Positions 10,705 to 21,421 of a DNA stretch of 62,765 nt are shown piece by piece. The DNA comes from Phycisphaerae bacterium (lineage in GTDB: Bacteria > Planctomycetota > Phycisphaerae > WQYP01): positions 1-62,765 of the forward strand of contig JBMFGW010000006.1 in the NCBI GenBank assembly GCA_049977145.1. The letters are read 5' to 3'. The translations under genes and the position numbers were made by a program. The notes under the pieces are model-generated. The model saw nothing but the letters and a program-made list of their open reading frames with translations. It was not told the DNA's origin and made no database searches. How positions within the stretch are numbered: the stretch's first letter is position 1; the number at the start of each line of letters is the position of its first letter.

Positions 10705-10865
10705 ACCGCAAGCCACCTTTCCAACCCTAACCTGACTACCAACATTCTCCAACGAATGTCCATCTCTATCATAGTCCTCAAAATTCAAATCGGCTGTTTG
10801 TTTCCGAAAACTTCAAGGAATGGCGATAATAAGTTTGATAGCGACGCCGTTGACCCACCTTTGCT

Positions 10866-11954
10866 CTAGGGAGATGGGACGGAGGAGTCCGCGACTCGGT
10901 AGGCGTCCGCCGACGGTTCCTTAATAGTGGCCAGCAGGCGATCAACAACGGCGTCGGTGTCAATTCCCTCGGCATCAGCATTAAAATTGGTAATAATACG
11001 GTGCCGCAGCACAGGTTTGGCTACATGCCGGATATCATCAGTGCTTACATTAAGCCGCCCGCGCAACAAGGCCCGGGCCTTGGCTCCTAAGACTAAATTT
11101 TGTGCCGCCCGTGGCCCGGCTCCCCAGGTTAACCAGTTATTGATGAAATCAGGGGTATCTTTTTCCTGCGGGCGTGTGGCCCGCACCAGGTTGACCGCAT
11201 AATCCACCAGATGGTCACTGACCGGCACGCGTCGCACCAGCTTTTGAATGGCCAGAATATCCGCAGCTGTCAGGACCGCCTTAGGTTCACTGCGAACATC
11301 CATGGTTGTATTTTTCACAATACTACGCTCATCATCGCGCTGCGGATATCCCACCTTTACCATAAACATGAACCGGTCCAACTGCGCTTCCGGCAACGGG
11401 TAGGTACCTTCCTGCTCCACTGGATTCTGCGTAGCGAGCACAAAGAATGGCTGCTGTAACGGATAGGTTTGCCCACCGGCGGTCACCTGGTATTCCTGCA
11501 TGGCCTGTAACAGAGCCGCCTGTGTTTTCGGCGGCGTACGGTTGATTTCATCAGCCAGCAGCATATTGGTGAATACCGGCCCTTTGATAAAGTTAAATAC
11601 GCGTTTGCCGGTTTGCGGATCTTCCTGAATAATATCCGTACCCGTGATGTCCGAAGGCATAAGATCAGGGGTGAATTGAATCCGGTTAAAGTTCAGGTTC
11701 AAGACCTTGGCCAAGGTGCTGATCATCAATGTTTTGGCCAGTCCCGGCACCCCCACCAGCAGACAATGACCACGCGAAAATAACGCCAGTAAAAGCGACT
11801 CCATAACCTCCGACTGCCCCACGATAACCTTATGGATTTCGGTGAGCATGGCCTCACGGACTAACTTTAGCCGTTCTACCGCTGAGGTTTCCGTTCCCAC
11901 GGGTATGGCGGAAGCGGTGCGATTATGTGCCTCATGGGTTGGATTTGCAGTCAT
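10866..11954 (-). CDS. moxR: MoxR family AAA+ ATPase
   Basis: [62 protein letters not shown]. Start set at ATG 11954; the longer ORF runs into a MITE. Confidence 0.95.
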   Translation of the reverse strand: MTANPTHEAHNRTASAIPVGTETSAVERLKLVREAMLTEIHKVIVGQSEVMESLLLALFSRGHCLLVGVPGLAKTLMISTLAKVLNLNFNRIQFTPDLMPSDITGTDIIQEDPQTGKRVFNFIKGPVFTNMLLADEINRTPPKTQAALLQAMQEYQVTAGGQTYPLQQPFFVLATQNPVEQEGTYPLPEAQLDRFMFMVKVGYPQRDDERSIVKNTTMDVRSEPKAVLTAADILAIQKLVRRVPVSDHLVDYAVNLVRATRPQEKDTPDFINNWLTWGAGPRAAQNLVLGAKARALLRGRLNVSTDDIRHVAKPVLRHRIITNFNADAEGIDTDAVVDRLLATIKEPSADAYRVADSSVPSP

Positions 11955-12287
11955 CTGGGTACTCCCAAAAAAGTCCTTACCGATCTCCCTGCGGCAGTTT
12001 ATTTTTGACCGCTGGGTTCGACAGTTACTCCCCCGCCGCAACGCCGTAACAGGCCCTTGGTTGCGTTTGGCGTGCAGTACAGCAAACCACATTTTAAAAA
12101 TTATACACGATAGCAGCGCTCGGCGGCTACCGGCGCCAGCGTGCACGGGTGTGGCCATGTTTTTAGCAAGGCTCGCCGTTGCCGCTGCAACCGCGCTGGC
12201 CCAGGGGCCTGTCCGAGTAATGGCCGGGATTGCGATGGGGCTGCAATGTAGCGGATACCGCTGGCGCAATTGATAATACGTTTTTGT

Positions 12288-12418
12288 ATAACCGTTCACG
12301 GCCTTTCGGCCTTCCAAACTCGGTATGCGTTCACGGCGGTATCACTCCCTTACGGTCGCGGCTCGGCCTGCCGTTACGCGTGCCAGGTACGCCAAAAACA
12401 TCGTGCGTGAACGGTTAC
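12288..12418. mobile_element. 131-bp MITE, copy 2
   Basis: ATAACCGTTCACG ... CGTGAACGGTTAC; colinear with 3713-3843; flanks TTTTTGT / GTTTTGT look like a 7-bp TSD with one mismatch. Confidence 0.85.
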
Positions 12419-12505
12419 GTTTTGTCAACAAAAATGGCCTATTTACGCCATCACCCACAACCCGCAATGTATCACCACAACCCGAAAAAAAGCATACATC
12501 AATGC

Positions 12506-13213
12506 TTACCGCCAGCCGTATTGACCTCGCAGCGGCACAAATCGGCAATCCAAAATATCCGTTTCGGTGATGGCGTTGCCATGGCGCTGGCAACGCTTGA
12601 GCACCTGCATGGACGAATCACCAATGGGAATCACCAGATTTCCACCATCAGATAACTGTTCCAATAACGGCTGGGGAACAGCAGGCGCGCCGGCAGTGAC
12701 CAGAATGCCGGTGAAGGGGGCGAATGATTTCCATCCAATGGCCCCATCACCGATGCGATAGTGAATGTTGGTATAACCCAGTTGTCGAAGGCGGTTCTCG
12801 GCGGCCTTGGACAATTCCGGCACGTATTCAATCGTGAAGACCTCCGCGCCCATCCGGGCTAGAACAGCGGTCTGATAGCCGGTGCCCGTACCGATCTCCA
12901 GAATACGTTGTTGCGGCAGAGTATCAAGCTCTGCGGTCATAATAGCGACCATAAAAGGCTGACTGATCGTTTGTCCGTAATCAGAAGCCAGCGCATAATC
13001 GGAATAGGCGGCGGCACTGGCTTCAAGGCGTGTGAAAAAATGCCGCGGCACACGCGCCATGGCTCGGATAACGCGCGGATTCCGAATGCCGCGTGCCAAA
13101 ATCTGCTGCCGCACCATATCGTGCCGCCGCCGCCGATCTTCCGGCATATCCACGCCCATGCCGCCGGTCGGCGGCCCGTTAAGGAAAGAAGCCTTATCCA
13201 TCATCAACACCAA
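12506..13213 (-). CDS. pcm: Protein-L-isoaspartate O-methyltransferase
   Basis: QTISQP, LEIGTGTGYQTAVL, GDGAIGW, PFTGILVTAGA, CRFVPL. Start uncertain (13213 to 13147). Confidence 0.95.
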   Translation of the reverse strand: MVLMMDKASFLNGPPTGGMGVDMPEDRRRRHDMVRQQILARGIRNPRVIRAMARVPRHFFTRLEASAAAYSDYALASDYGQTISQPFMVAIMTAELDTLPQQRILEIGTGTGYQTAVLARMGAEVFTIEYVPELSKAAENRLRQLGYTNIHYRIGDGAIGWKSFAPFTGILVTAGAPAVPQPLLEQLSDGGNLVIPIGDSSMQVLKRCQRHGNAITETDILDCRFVPLRGQYGWR

Positions 13214-13218
13214 AATGT

Positions 13219-13226
13219 ATTATAAT
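13219..13226. promoter_or_regulatory. Palindromic ATTATAAT giving a TATAAT -10 on both strands between divergent pcm and bioA
   Basis: TATAAT at 13221-13226 lies 7 nt before the bioA ATG with no SD; the reverse TATAAT faces pcm. Confidence 0.5.
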
Positions 13227-13233
13227 CGGTAAC

Positions 13234-14649
13234 ATGAAAACACCGGATACACAGACACTTCTACAATGGGACCGCCAGTATGTCTGGCATCCGTTTACAC
13301 CCATGAAAGCGTGGCTGGAGAAAACCGATCCACCCATCATTGAACGCGGGCATGAGGAATTTCTATTTGATACGCAAGGTCGGAAATATATTGATGGTGT
13401 ATCGTCGTTGTGGTGTAACGTCCATGGGCACCATGTCCCGGAGCTGGATCAGGCGCTGCGGGATCAACTGGATAAAATTGCCCACACCACGCTGTTGGGA
13501 TTGTGCAATGTGCCCAGCATTATGTTGGCCAAACGGCTGGTGGAGATCGCCCCCACCGGATTAACGCGCGTATTTTATTCCGATAATGGCAGCACGGCGG
13601 TGGAAGTAGCGTGCAAGCTGGCGTATCAATATTGGGTGAATCTGGGGTGGCCGGAGAAAAGCCGTTTTATATCCCTGCATCATGCGTATCATGGCGATAC
13701 GCTCGGTGCGGTTTCCATAGGCGGAATACCGGCGTTTCAGCAGGTTTATGAACCGTTGTGTTTTCCCGTTGACCGCGTCGCCCCGCCCCTGCTGCCCCCA
13801 TTTGCGGGAACCGATGCGGCAATCGCGACGCGGCTGCCAGCTATGCCGTGCTCCGGAAATCAGCATTGGCGGCAGGATATTGAAACACTTTTGGCGCAAC
13901 ATCCTGGCCGCTATGCGGCTATTGTTCTCGAACCACTGGTGCAAGGAGCCGGCGGCATGCTCATGCACCCGCCGGGAACGCTGACCCTCCTGCGACAAAT
14001 CGCCGATCAACACCATCTGCTGCTGATCTGTGATGAAGTGATGACCGGCTTTGGCCGCACGGGAAAGATGTTCGCCTGTGACCATGAACATGTTACTCCG
14101 GATTTACTTTGTCTATCCAAAGGGCTTACCGCCGGATACATGCCGCTGGGTGTAACGCTGACCACCGCTGAAGTATTTGCCGCATTTTACGCCGACCCGC
14201 GGGAAGGAAAGACTTTTTTTCATGGCCACACTTTTACCGGTCATCCGCTGGCCTGTGCGGTGGCCTTGGCTTCGCTGGATTTAATGGAATCCCGCAAAAC
14301 GCTGGAACACGCCCGTACTCTGGCGGCAACAATGGAGGAAGGATTGGCACCCTTACGGGATCACCCCCATGTTGGCGATATGAGACAGACCGGTCTGGTG
14401 GCCGCAGTGGATATAGTACCGCAGCGCCAGAGCGACGCGCACTTTGATGTACATTGGCGCATCGGCGGCGAATTATGCGCCGTTATGCGGGAACAGGGCT
14501 TGATTCTGCGGCCATTGGCGGACACGCTTGTGCTCATGCCGCCGTTGGCAAGCAGAGTCGAAAGTGTGGAGCACATGACGCACATTGTTGTACAAGCTGT
14601 ACCGAAAGTGGAAGATATAATCCGTCGGAAGAAGGATTTCCAGACATGA
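13234..14649 (+). CDS. bioA: Adenosylmethionine-8-amino-7-oxononanoate aminotransferase
   Basis: VWHPFT, DGVSSLWCNVHGH, DNGSTAVE, YHGDT, DEVMTGFGRTG, LSKGLTAGY; adjacent to bioD. Confidence 0.95.
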   Translation: MKTPDTQTLLQWDRQYVWHPFTPMKAWLEKTDPPIIERGHEEFLFDTQGRKYIDGVSSLWCNVHGHHVPELDQALRDQLDKIAHTTLLGLCNVPSIMLAKRLVEIAPTGLTRVFYSDNGSTAVEVACKLAYQYWVNLGWPEKSRFISLHHAYHGDTLGAVSIGGIPAFQQVYEPLCFPVDRVAPPLLPPFAGTDAAIATRLPAMPCSGNQHWRQDIETLLAQHPGRYAAIVLEPLVQGAGGMLMHPPGTLTLLRQIADQHHLLLICDEVMTGFGRTGKMFACDHEHVTPDLLCLSKGLTAGYMPLGVTLTTAEVFAAFYADPREGKTFFHGHTFTGHPLACAVALASLDLMESRKTLEHARTLAATMEEGLAPLRDHPHVGDMRQTGLVAAVDIVPQRQSDAHFDVHWRIGGELCAVMREQGLILRPLADTLVLMPPLASRVESVEHMTHIVVQAVPKVEDIIRRKKDFQT

Positions 14650-15482
14650 GGAAAACGCATACGCATACATTGAGCCCTACCAATATGGACGCCACACGAC
14701 CAGCGTCCATCCTGACTGCCTTCGGAAAACCAGGGTTATTCATCACTGGAACCAACACCGATATCGGCAAGACCACGGTAACCGCGGCACTGGCGGGTGC
14801 GTTTCGGCGTTTGCATATCCGGGTGGGTGTATGCAAGGCCATTGCCACGGGCTGCTCTATACGTCCGGAGTGCGGCAATACGGAATCTTTAACAGATGAT
14901 GATTTAATGTCCTCTGACGCGCTGCTGCCCGCAAGGATCGCTGGGCTTGATCCCACGGATGAAGCCTTGTTAAAAGTCATCAGTCCGATTCGATTCGCCG
15001 CGCCCGTGTCGCCGCACGTTGCGGCGCGACTTGAACAACGCGAACCGGATTGGAGACGTCTGGCAACGGCCATGACTTATTGGCGCACGCATTGTGATTT
15101 TCTGCTGGTGGAGGGCGCCGGCGGTTGGCTGGTGCCATTAAACAGTCGTTTGTTTACAATCGCTGATCTGGCCACGCTATTGGCGTTACCCGTTGTGGTT
15201 GTGACCGGGGCCTATCTGGGCACCTTGAACCACACCTCTTTGACCGTTGAGGCCATCCGCACACGAAATCTTCCCGTGGCGGGTCTGGTGGCCAATCGCG
15301 TACCGATTGAACGCGATATATCCGTTCAAAGCAGCCTTGATGAATTACCGCATCTCATGCACACGCCGATGCTGGCGGTGCTGCCAAACGATCCGCAGAT
15401 ATCACCCACCAATGTGCCCGCAACTTTTATCGATGCTCTGGAGCCGTTCGCCCGGCAATGGTGGAACCATGCGCTGCGGTAA
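14646..15482 (+). CDS. bioD: Dethiobiotin synthase
   Basis: FITGTNTDIGKT, VEGAGG, LGTLNHT; ATGA overlap with the bioA stop. Confidence 0.95.
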   Translation: MRKTHTHTLSPTNMDATRPASILTAFGKPGLFITGTNTDIGKTTVTAALAGAFRRLHIRVGVCKAIATGCSIRPECGNTESLTDDDLMSSDALLPARIAGLDPTDEALLKVISPIRFAAPVSPHVAARLEQREPDWRRLATAMTYWRTHCDFLLVEGAGGWLVPLNSRLFTIADLATLLALPVVVVTGAYLGTLNHTSLTVEAIRTRNLPVAGLVANRVPIERDISVQSSLDELPHLMHTPMLAVLPNDPQISPTNVPATFIDALEPFARQWWNHALR

Positions 15483-15718
15483 CAGGAAAGTGATGGTGTG
15501 TCGATGAAACCGTACAGCGGCCGATAGGGTACTGATATATTTTCCGCCGCGCCCGGATGTCCAAGGGCGTCTGCCCATGGAACGCCATGGACCATTTAAC
15601 AAATCTCTGGCACCATGCCCAATTGAAGTATTTTACGGTGCCATAGCCGCAACGCCTGGCTATGATATAAGCAGGTGTGTCCGTAGGCGAACCAGCACAT
15701 CCGACAGGGGCTGCGGTT

Positions 15719-16384
15719 ATGAATTGGCAATTACTTCTTCCTTTAGCACATGCGGATGCCCGCATTGGCATGTTGGCTTTACTGCGACTTGGCACTGGAT
15801 TTCCATCCGGGTTGGGTCGCATACTCTTTGAAAATCATTGGGCAATTTGGGGCGCAATGTTGCTGCTCGGCGGGGCCGGATTGTGGCAGGGAATAAATAT
15901 GCGACGAACCGTGATGCGAAATGTCGGCGTCGGAATTCTGGCCGCGCTGGTACTCTGGATAACCGCGGCGTGGATGGTCGTTACACCTTATGAACGGCTG
16001 GTCAACGCCAACACCGCGGTTATCAGCGCCGCCGCACGGGACGATGTGCCAGCGATCATGCGGTATGTTTCCAAACGTGCTATTTGTGGCCAGTGGAATT
16101 ATGCACAGATTCAATCCGGCTTGGCCGTGCGGCTCAAAATGGCGCATATTACCCATAATATCATTCGCACCATGGCGGTGCGGATAATCAAAAATCAAGC
16201 TATTACGCATCTGGTGATCTGGACGAGTACCCGTGACTACGGACCGGTGGTTACAGTCTGGCGACTGGTCTGGCAGGATCACCATCGCCCCGGTAATTGG
16301 CGGATCATGGAGGTGGATTTACTGCGCATCAATGGGCATCGTGAACGCTCCGGTGCGGCCATTCCAATGACCACGGATCAATGA
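15719..16384 (+). CDS. Hypothetical membrane protein with NTF2-like C-terminal region
   Basis: Two TM helices followed by VVTPYERL and a soluble domain; start uncertain (15677 or 15719). Confidence 0.6.
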   Translation: MNWQLLLPLAHADARIGMLALLRLGTGFPSGLGRILFENHWAIWGAMLLLGGAGLWQGINMRRTVMRNVGVGILAALVLWITAAWMVVTPYERLVNANTAVISAAARDDVPAIMRYVSKRAICGQWNYAQIQSGLAVRLKMAHITHNIIRTMAVRIIKNQAITHLVIWTSTRDYGPVVTVWRLVWQDHHRPGNWRIMEVDLLRINGHRERSGAAIPMTTDQ

Positions 16385-16652
16385 TCACGAATTAATGCGC
16401 AAATCACTGGGAATCCCGAATTTGTGATCCGTGATCAGTGCTGTCCGTTTAGAAAACATAGAAGTGACTGACAGGCCTTATTACCGCATTTGCACGCAGT
16501 CGTAACCGTAGGCGATTTGAACCGTCTTGCTGTTAAATTACGTTTTTTTTGTTTGCAGTGGTATCATTAAATAAAGGGTGTATCAATCCGCCTGGCTCTG
16601 CTTTCGGGGTTCGGTGAATTTGGGGCAATTGTGCCGCACGGAGTAACCAGTC

Positions 16653-18485
16653 ATGGAATTACCTCATCGTGATCGCGGAGACAATACACTTCCGCCAGGC
16701 GAACTAAGGGATATTCGCCGACGGTTACGCCTGATCGCCGCCCGGCATGATCTCGTGACGATCATTGCTTGCGCCTTTGATCATCGCACACGTATGTTAC
16801 CATTTATTTATGCCGACACGCGCATGGTGCCGGCGGGCATTCGGGCCATCGGCTCGGCCATGGTGGATTCGGGATTCATTAAGACACGCATCGTGCTGCA
16901 ACAGTGGAACCGGAACTTCAGCCCCGCGCGCATGAGGCTCGATGGACGAATTCCTGATCTTTTTATGATTTCGAGCATGGGTATGCACTTGGCTCCGTGC
17001 CGGGAAATGATTCGCGATGCACACCGGATTGACCCCGCGTATCGGCCGCTGATTATCGCGGGTGGCTCGCTGAACGTGTATCAGCCCTATGAGGTATTTG
17101 CCACGGGCCACCCCGCGATGGCCGGTGCTGATGTCGCCGTTACCGGGGAGGAATACGTTCTGCTAAGCCTTCTGGAGGTTCTGTTATCCATGCGCGGTAA
17201 CGGGGAGTCGATGCGCGGCGTATTTGAACGCGCGCGGGACGGCGGGGCACTGCGGGACATCCCCGGTCTGGTCTACGCGCACCATGACCATGGCCAATTT
17301 GCCGGAGAACTTATTGATACCGGCGTGCAGCGACTGGTGATGGATCTCGATGAATTACCCGATCCGGTATTGGGGTATCGACTTCTGGAAGCACCGAGCC
17401 GTGGCTTGGAATTGGCACCCACCGCGCTGCCGCCAAGTCGCGTGCGCCAACTCACCCCCATCAGTTCGCTGGTGATGACATTCGGCTGCAAATTTGCCTG
17501 TCCGTACTGCCCGATCCCCGCGTACAACCAGCGGCAACACCGTGTGAAAAGTGGTGGACGCATCGCGGAAGAGATGTGGCGGCTATACCGTGAATTCGGC
17601 CTGCGTTACTTTTTTGGCACCGATGATAATTTCTTCAACAACAAAACCCGGACACTGGATATAGTGGAGACGTTGGCCCACGCGGAATTTGAAGGCGTGC
17701 GGCTAAGCCGAAAGGCCCGCTGGTACACGGAAGTCACCGTGCACGACACATTGCTTATGAAGGAGCATTTGCCGCTGGTGCGTTCGGCTGGCTGTCGGGC
17801 ACTTTGGCTGGGCGTGGAAGATATGACCGCCACATTGGTAAAAAAAGGGCAAAGCGTGAACAAAACCACCGAAGCTTTCCGCAGCCTGCGCGATGTGGGC
17901 ATTTGCCCCATGCCCATGATGATGCACCATGATACGCAACCGCTTTACACCCCCAACTCCGCATACGGATTGCTGAATCAAATCAAGATACTGCGGAAAG
18001 CGGGCGCGGTTTCACTTCAGGTTTTGATGATGACCCCCTCGCCGGGCACCAAACTTTATGATGGCACATTTACCTCCGGACAGGTTTTTGAAAGTGTGGC
18101 GGGCCGCAGCGTGCTTAATTATATGTATGACGGCAACTATGTTATCGCGTCGCAGCACCGGCACCCCTGGCGAAAGCAACTCAACCTCTTGACTGGATAT
18201 CTGTACTTTTACAACCCAGTCTGGCTGCTTGTAGCCCTGATCCGGAGCCGGACTAAAGTATCGCTCAAGCCGGCCGGTATGCAGGTTCTGGGCATATTGG
18301 GATTGATACAAACCATTCGTCGGACATTTGGCTGGGCAATCCGCCTGCGTTTTGGTCGCATCAAGCACAGGACGCAACCGCCGGAAAGCCCCATTCCGAT
18401 GCGCAGCGTGACCGGGGAGACAGGTTCGCATGACCTGGTTCAGTTGGCCATTAGTGCGCGGCGTGCAGAGCTGGAGTATTTGTGA
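16653..18485 (+). CDS. B12-binding radical SAM protein
   Basis: GCKFACPYC (CxxxCxxC), DDNFF, LIIAGG, GEEYV, TPSPGT; GGAG upstream. Confidence 0.9.
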   Translation: MELPHRDRGDNTLPPGELRDIRRRLRLIAARHDLVTIIACAFDHRTRMLPFIYADTRMVPAGIRAIGSAMVDSGFIKTRIVLQQWNRNFSPARMRLDGRIPDLFMISSMGMHLAPCREMIRDAHRIDPAYRPLIIAGGSLNVYQPYEVFATGHPAMAGADVAVTGEEYVLLSLLEVLLSMRGNGESMRGVFERARDGGALRDIPGLVYAHHDHGQFAGELIDTGVQRLVMDLDELPDPVLGYRLLEAPSRGLELAPTALPPSRVRQLTPISSLVMTFGCKFACPYCPIPAYNQRQHRVKSGGRIAEEMWRLYREFGLRYFFGTDDNFFNNKTRTLDIVETLAHAEFEGVRLSRKARWYTEVTVHDTLLMKEHLPLVRSAGCRALWLGVEDMTATLVKKGQSVNKTTEAFRSLRDVGICPMPMMMHHDTQPLYTPNSAYGLLNQIKILRKAGAVSLQVLMMTPSPGTKLYDGTFTSGQVFESVAGRSVLNYMYDGNYVIASQHRHPWRKQLNLLTGYLYFYNPVWLLVALIRSRTKVSLKPAGMQVLGILGLIQTIRRTFGWAIRLRFGRIKHRTQPPESPIPMRSVTGETGSHDLVQLAISARRAELEYL

Positions 18486-18727
18486 ATGCCGGAAGCCACG
18501 GTATTCCGGATGCTTTCAGCAATTCCGGAAACATGGCCCGGAGCGTTTCCATCTTGGGCAACACTACGCAAGACGATACTGGTGTTACCCACAAACAGTA
18601 AACAGTTACGCGACACGAACAATACACCAAGTTACGTCCCGGTTGCGTTTCTTGGAGATGTGGTCGGACTATCCGAAAATTCTTGCCCGGTGATACGGAG
18701 GAAAATGCCGTTGTGTCCGCGTTGGTA

Positions 18728-19543
18728 TTATTCGGGTGGGCTTTGACTCGCTTTAGCCATATTTTCCAGCAGCGGTCGACGGCGGCGGATTTCACGAAGG
18801 AACAACAGCACAATTCCCGGCCCAAAAGTCCAGAGTAAAACGGTGCCGCCAAGAACCAATCCCGTATATGAACCCGTTTCACAATAACACTGCCCTTTGC
18901 TTTTTGAGCGAAGAATCATCACGTGCACCGGAGCAGCCACGAGCAATTCCAGAATACTGCCAGCGAACAAGCCACGCAGCATGCGCCCCAATTGGGTGCC
19001 GCGATCACCATGGTACCAATATAAAAAAAAGACCAGTGCCCATAGCGCCCACAACGCGGCCAGTGCTGCCAGCGCTGGCCAATAGCGCATTTCCGGTCCG
19101 CGCACCGCATTGACGTGATGCACCACCATGAGTTTATCCCAAACCCCGATCAACTCCGCCGCCGTTGCCAGCAAACCCAAGCTCAACAATGCCGCCATGA
19201 GTCCACCAATCCAAACCGATAGTCGTAAGGGGCGTCCGTTTTCATCCAACCGGATGCGCCAGCCACGACTGGGGCGGAGGAAAAACCATTGGCTCACAAA
19301 AAACAGCCCCGCCACAGTCCCCGCAAAAAGCAAATAACTCCACTCGGACTGCCACTCCAGCCCCATGACACCTTGTAAGCCCCACCCATAAGCCATTTCC
19401 TGGTGATTTCCTTTATTGGAGAAAACTCGCCAGTGGGGCCATGCGATGTTAAATACCCAGAATATTCCCGCCAGCCAACAGATCAGCACGGCTACGAGTA
19501 ACCACCATCGGATTTTCCCGGCGACCCGTTGGTAATGTGACAT
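18728..19543 (-). CDS. Hypothetical multi-pass membrane protein
   Basis: About six hydrophobic segments, GSILELLVAAPVH...CYCETGSYTGL; GGAGG upstream. Confidence 0.75.
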   Translation of the reverse strand: MSHYQRVAGKIRWWLLVAVLICWLAGIFWVFNIAWPHWRVFSNKGNHQEMAYGWGLQGVMGLEWQSEWSYLLFAGTVAGLFFVSQWFFLRPSRGWRIRLDENGRPLRLSVWIGGLMAALLSLGLLATAAELIGVWDKLMVVHHVNAVRGPEMRYWPALAALAALWALWALVFFLYWYHGDRGTQLGRMLRGLFAGSILELLVAAPVHVMILRSKSKGQCYCETGSYTGLVLGGTVLLWTFGPGIVLLFLREIRRRRPLLENMAKASQSPPE

Positions 19544-19839
19544 CGTTTGACCTCCGGCTACCAACAATATTATCAGTTAAAGTTATTGTTACCTTCCTCG
19601 ATTGAAAGTCAACCGGAAGACATCAGACCCTAACCAGCATCAAGCATAATCAAGCAACAGCGGTAAAATGATAGCCACCAGAATTCCGCCCAGTTCCATG
19701 CGGAGGCTCGCCACCGCCAGCTGTTGTCTGGTTTTCCTCCTTGGTGTGGTACGCCATCGTCGCCGTTGCTTGCTGGGCGCCAAAAGCCACGCCGTCGCAA
19801 AACGGCGATTACTCGGACAGGCATAGGAAAAGGTATAAT

Positions 19840-20394
19840 TTACTGGACGGTAAGGCGGGGCAGCATCGCCTGTATAATGGAATCGGGTTCGCTCATGCGG
19901 CCAGTGCCGACGGTGCGGCAGGCTTGCCAGCCGGATTCAGGACCGATGATAGCCAGACCGCGGCTGCGTAATAAGGCGATGTTGGCCTGCACCGCGGGGT
20001 TGTTCCACATTTGTTCATTCATGGAGGGCGCGACCATTAGTTTTTCCGGAGCGGCGGCCAGCAACACGGTGCTGACGAGATCATCCGCCAGACCATGGGC
20101 GATTTTTCCGATCATGTTGGCGGTGGCGGGAGCCACAAGGATAACATCGGCGTTTTGCGCCAATTTTATATGTTGCGGGTCCGAGTCGCTGGGATTGTTC
20201 CAAAGATCGGTATGAACCGGGCGCCGGGACAGCGTTTCAAAGGTCAACGGCCCCACGAACTTTTGGGCCCCATTGGTCATGGCCACATCCACGTTGAATT
20301 GGCGCTGTGCCAATTGACTGACAACGTGACAAACCTTGTAGGCCGCAATTCCACCACAGACGCACACCAGAATATTTTTTTTTGTTGCGGTCAT
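19840..20394 (-). CDS. coaC: Phosphopantothenoylcysteine decarboxylase (stand-alone CoaC flavoprotein domain)
   Basis: GGIAAYK, HIKLA, APATAN, APSMNEQMW, ACRTVGTGRM; ends without a CoaB domain. Confidence 0.9.
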   Translation of the reverse strand: MTATKKNILVCVCGGIAAYKVCHVVSQLAQRQFNVDVAMTNGAQKFVGPLTFETLSRRPVHTDLWNNPSDSDPQHIKLAQNADVILVAPATANMIGKIAHGLADDLVSTVLLAAAPEKLMVAPSMNEQMWNNPAVQANIALLRSRGLAIIGPESGWQACRTVGTGRMSEPDSIIQAMLPRLTVQ

Positions 20395-20460
20395 GAAGGC
20401 CTGCTGCTCCCGTGATCCGGCATAGATGATGCTATTTCCCCGCATCTATAGGAGATGGGA

Positions 20461-20697
20461 TTATTTATGCCCCAACGCTTCCGCCGGTTTGGTAATATGG
20501 CTTTTATCAAAATCAATGCTCAGTTTTCCCTGAAGAATTTCATCAAGGATCACCTCCATATCATTGCGACCATTACGCTCCACCAGCGGGCGTTGCCCCT
20601 CAATGAGTTCCGCCAGGCGGTGCTGCACCAAGGCACAAAGCTTAAACCGGCCGCCAAGTTTATGTACAATTTCGTCGCTCTTTATTGCTTCGATCAT
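20461..20697 (-). CDS. rpoZ: RNA polymerase omega subunit
   Basis: MIEAIKSDEIVHKLGGRFKLCALVQHRLAEL; located between gmk and coaC. Confidence 0.9.
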   Translation of the reverse strand: MIEAIKSDEIVHKLGGRFKLCALVQHRLAELIEGQRPLVERNGRNDMEVILDEILQGKLSIDFDKSHITKPAEALGHK

Positions 20698-20786
20698 GCG
20701 CTGAATACTCCTGCTTATATTCCGACGGTTATTACCGCCCAAATTCATTTCCGTTATCCGGGCATTGGCGGCCCGCAATCATCGCG

Positions 20787-21368
20787 TTACGCACGCTGCT
20801 GCATGGTTTTCACAAACCCGATCAATTCGGTGATCGTTTGATCCAACACGCGATTGACCACCTTGATACGGTACGCACCACATTGTTCAGCAACGGCCAT
20901 TTCCTGCTGCGCCTGCCGAATGCGGTTTTCGATGACGGCGGGGTCATCGCGTCCCCGTTCCCGGAGGCGGCGCATAAGCTCCTCCTCACTGGGAGGGAGG
21001 ATAAAAACGCCAAGGGCCGCCGGAAACATTTTAGCAATCTGTATGCCGCCCTGGATATCAATTTCCAGCAACACCGTTCGGCCATCCGCCAAGGCCTCCA
21101 GCACGGGTTGCCGTAGCGTTCCGTACCAATGCCCGAACACCTTAGCATACTCCAAAAATTCGTTGTTGGCAATACGCTTCTTAAATTCATCCCCATTTAC
21201 GAAAATATATGGTTTTCCCCATCGGTCCTGTGGTTTCCCTTGCCTAGTCGTGGCGGAAAGGGCAAATTGGGCTGGCAAGTCTGTGGCTAATCGGTTACAT
21301 ACCGTGGATTTACCGACGCCAGACGGGCCTGACACAAAGACTAGCAAACCGTTTTTACTGTATTCCAT
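20787..21368 (-). CDS. gmk: Guanylate kinase
   Basis: SGPSGVGKST, SATTR, FLEYAKVFGHWYGT, LEIDIQG. Confidence 0.95.
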   Translation of the reverse strand: MEYSKNGLLVFVSGPSGVGKSTVCNRLATDLPAQFALSATTRQGKPQDRWGKPYIFVNGDEFKKRIANNEFLEYAKVFGHWYGTLRQPVLEALADGRTVLLEIDIQGGIQIAKMFPAALGVFILPPSEEELMRRLRERGRDDPAVIENRIRQAQQEMAVAEQCGAYRIKVVNRVLDQTITELIGFVKTMQQRA

Positions 21369-21421
21369 CCTTTGAAATCCGTATTGTTGAAACGTACAGC
21401 TCGCAACAGTACGTGTGCTGG

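Noticed and set aside
11955-12317. N-terminal extension of MoxR (similar extensions on bioD, tpiA, the dehydrogenase, GT2 and thiO)
   Set aside because: They overlap repeats or neighbouring genes; downstream starts match the family N-termini.
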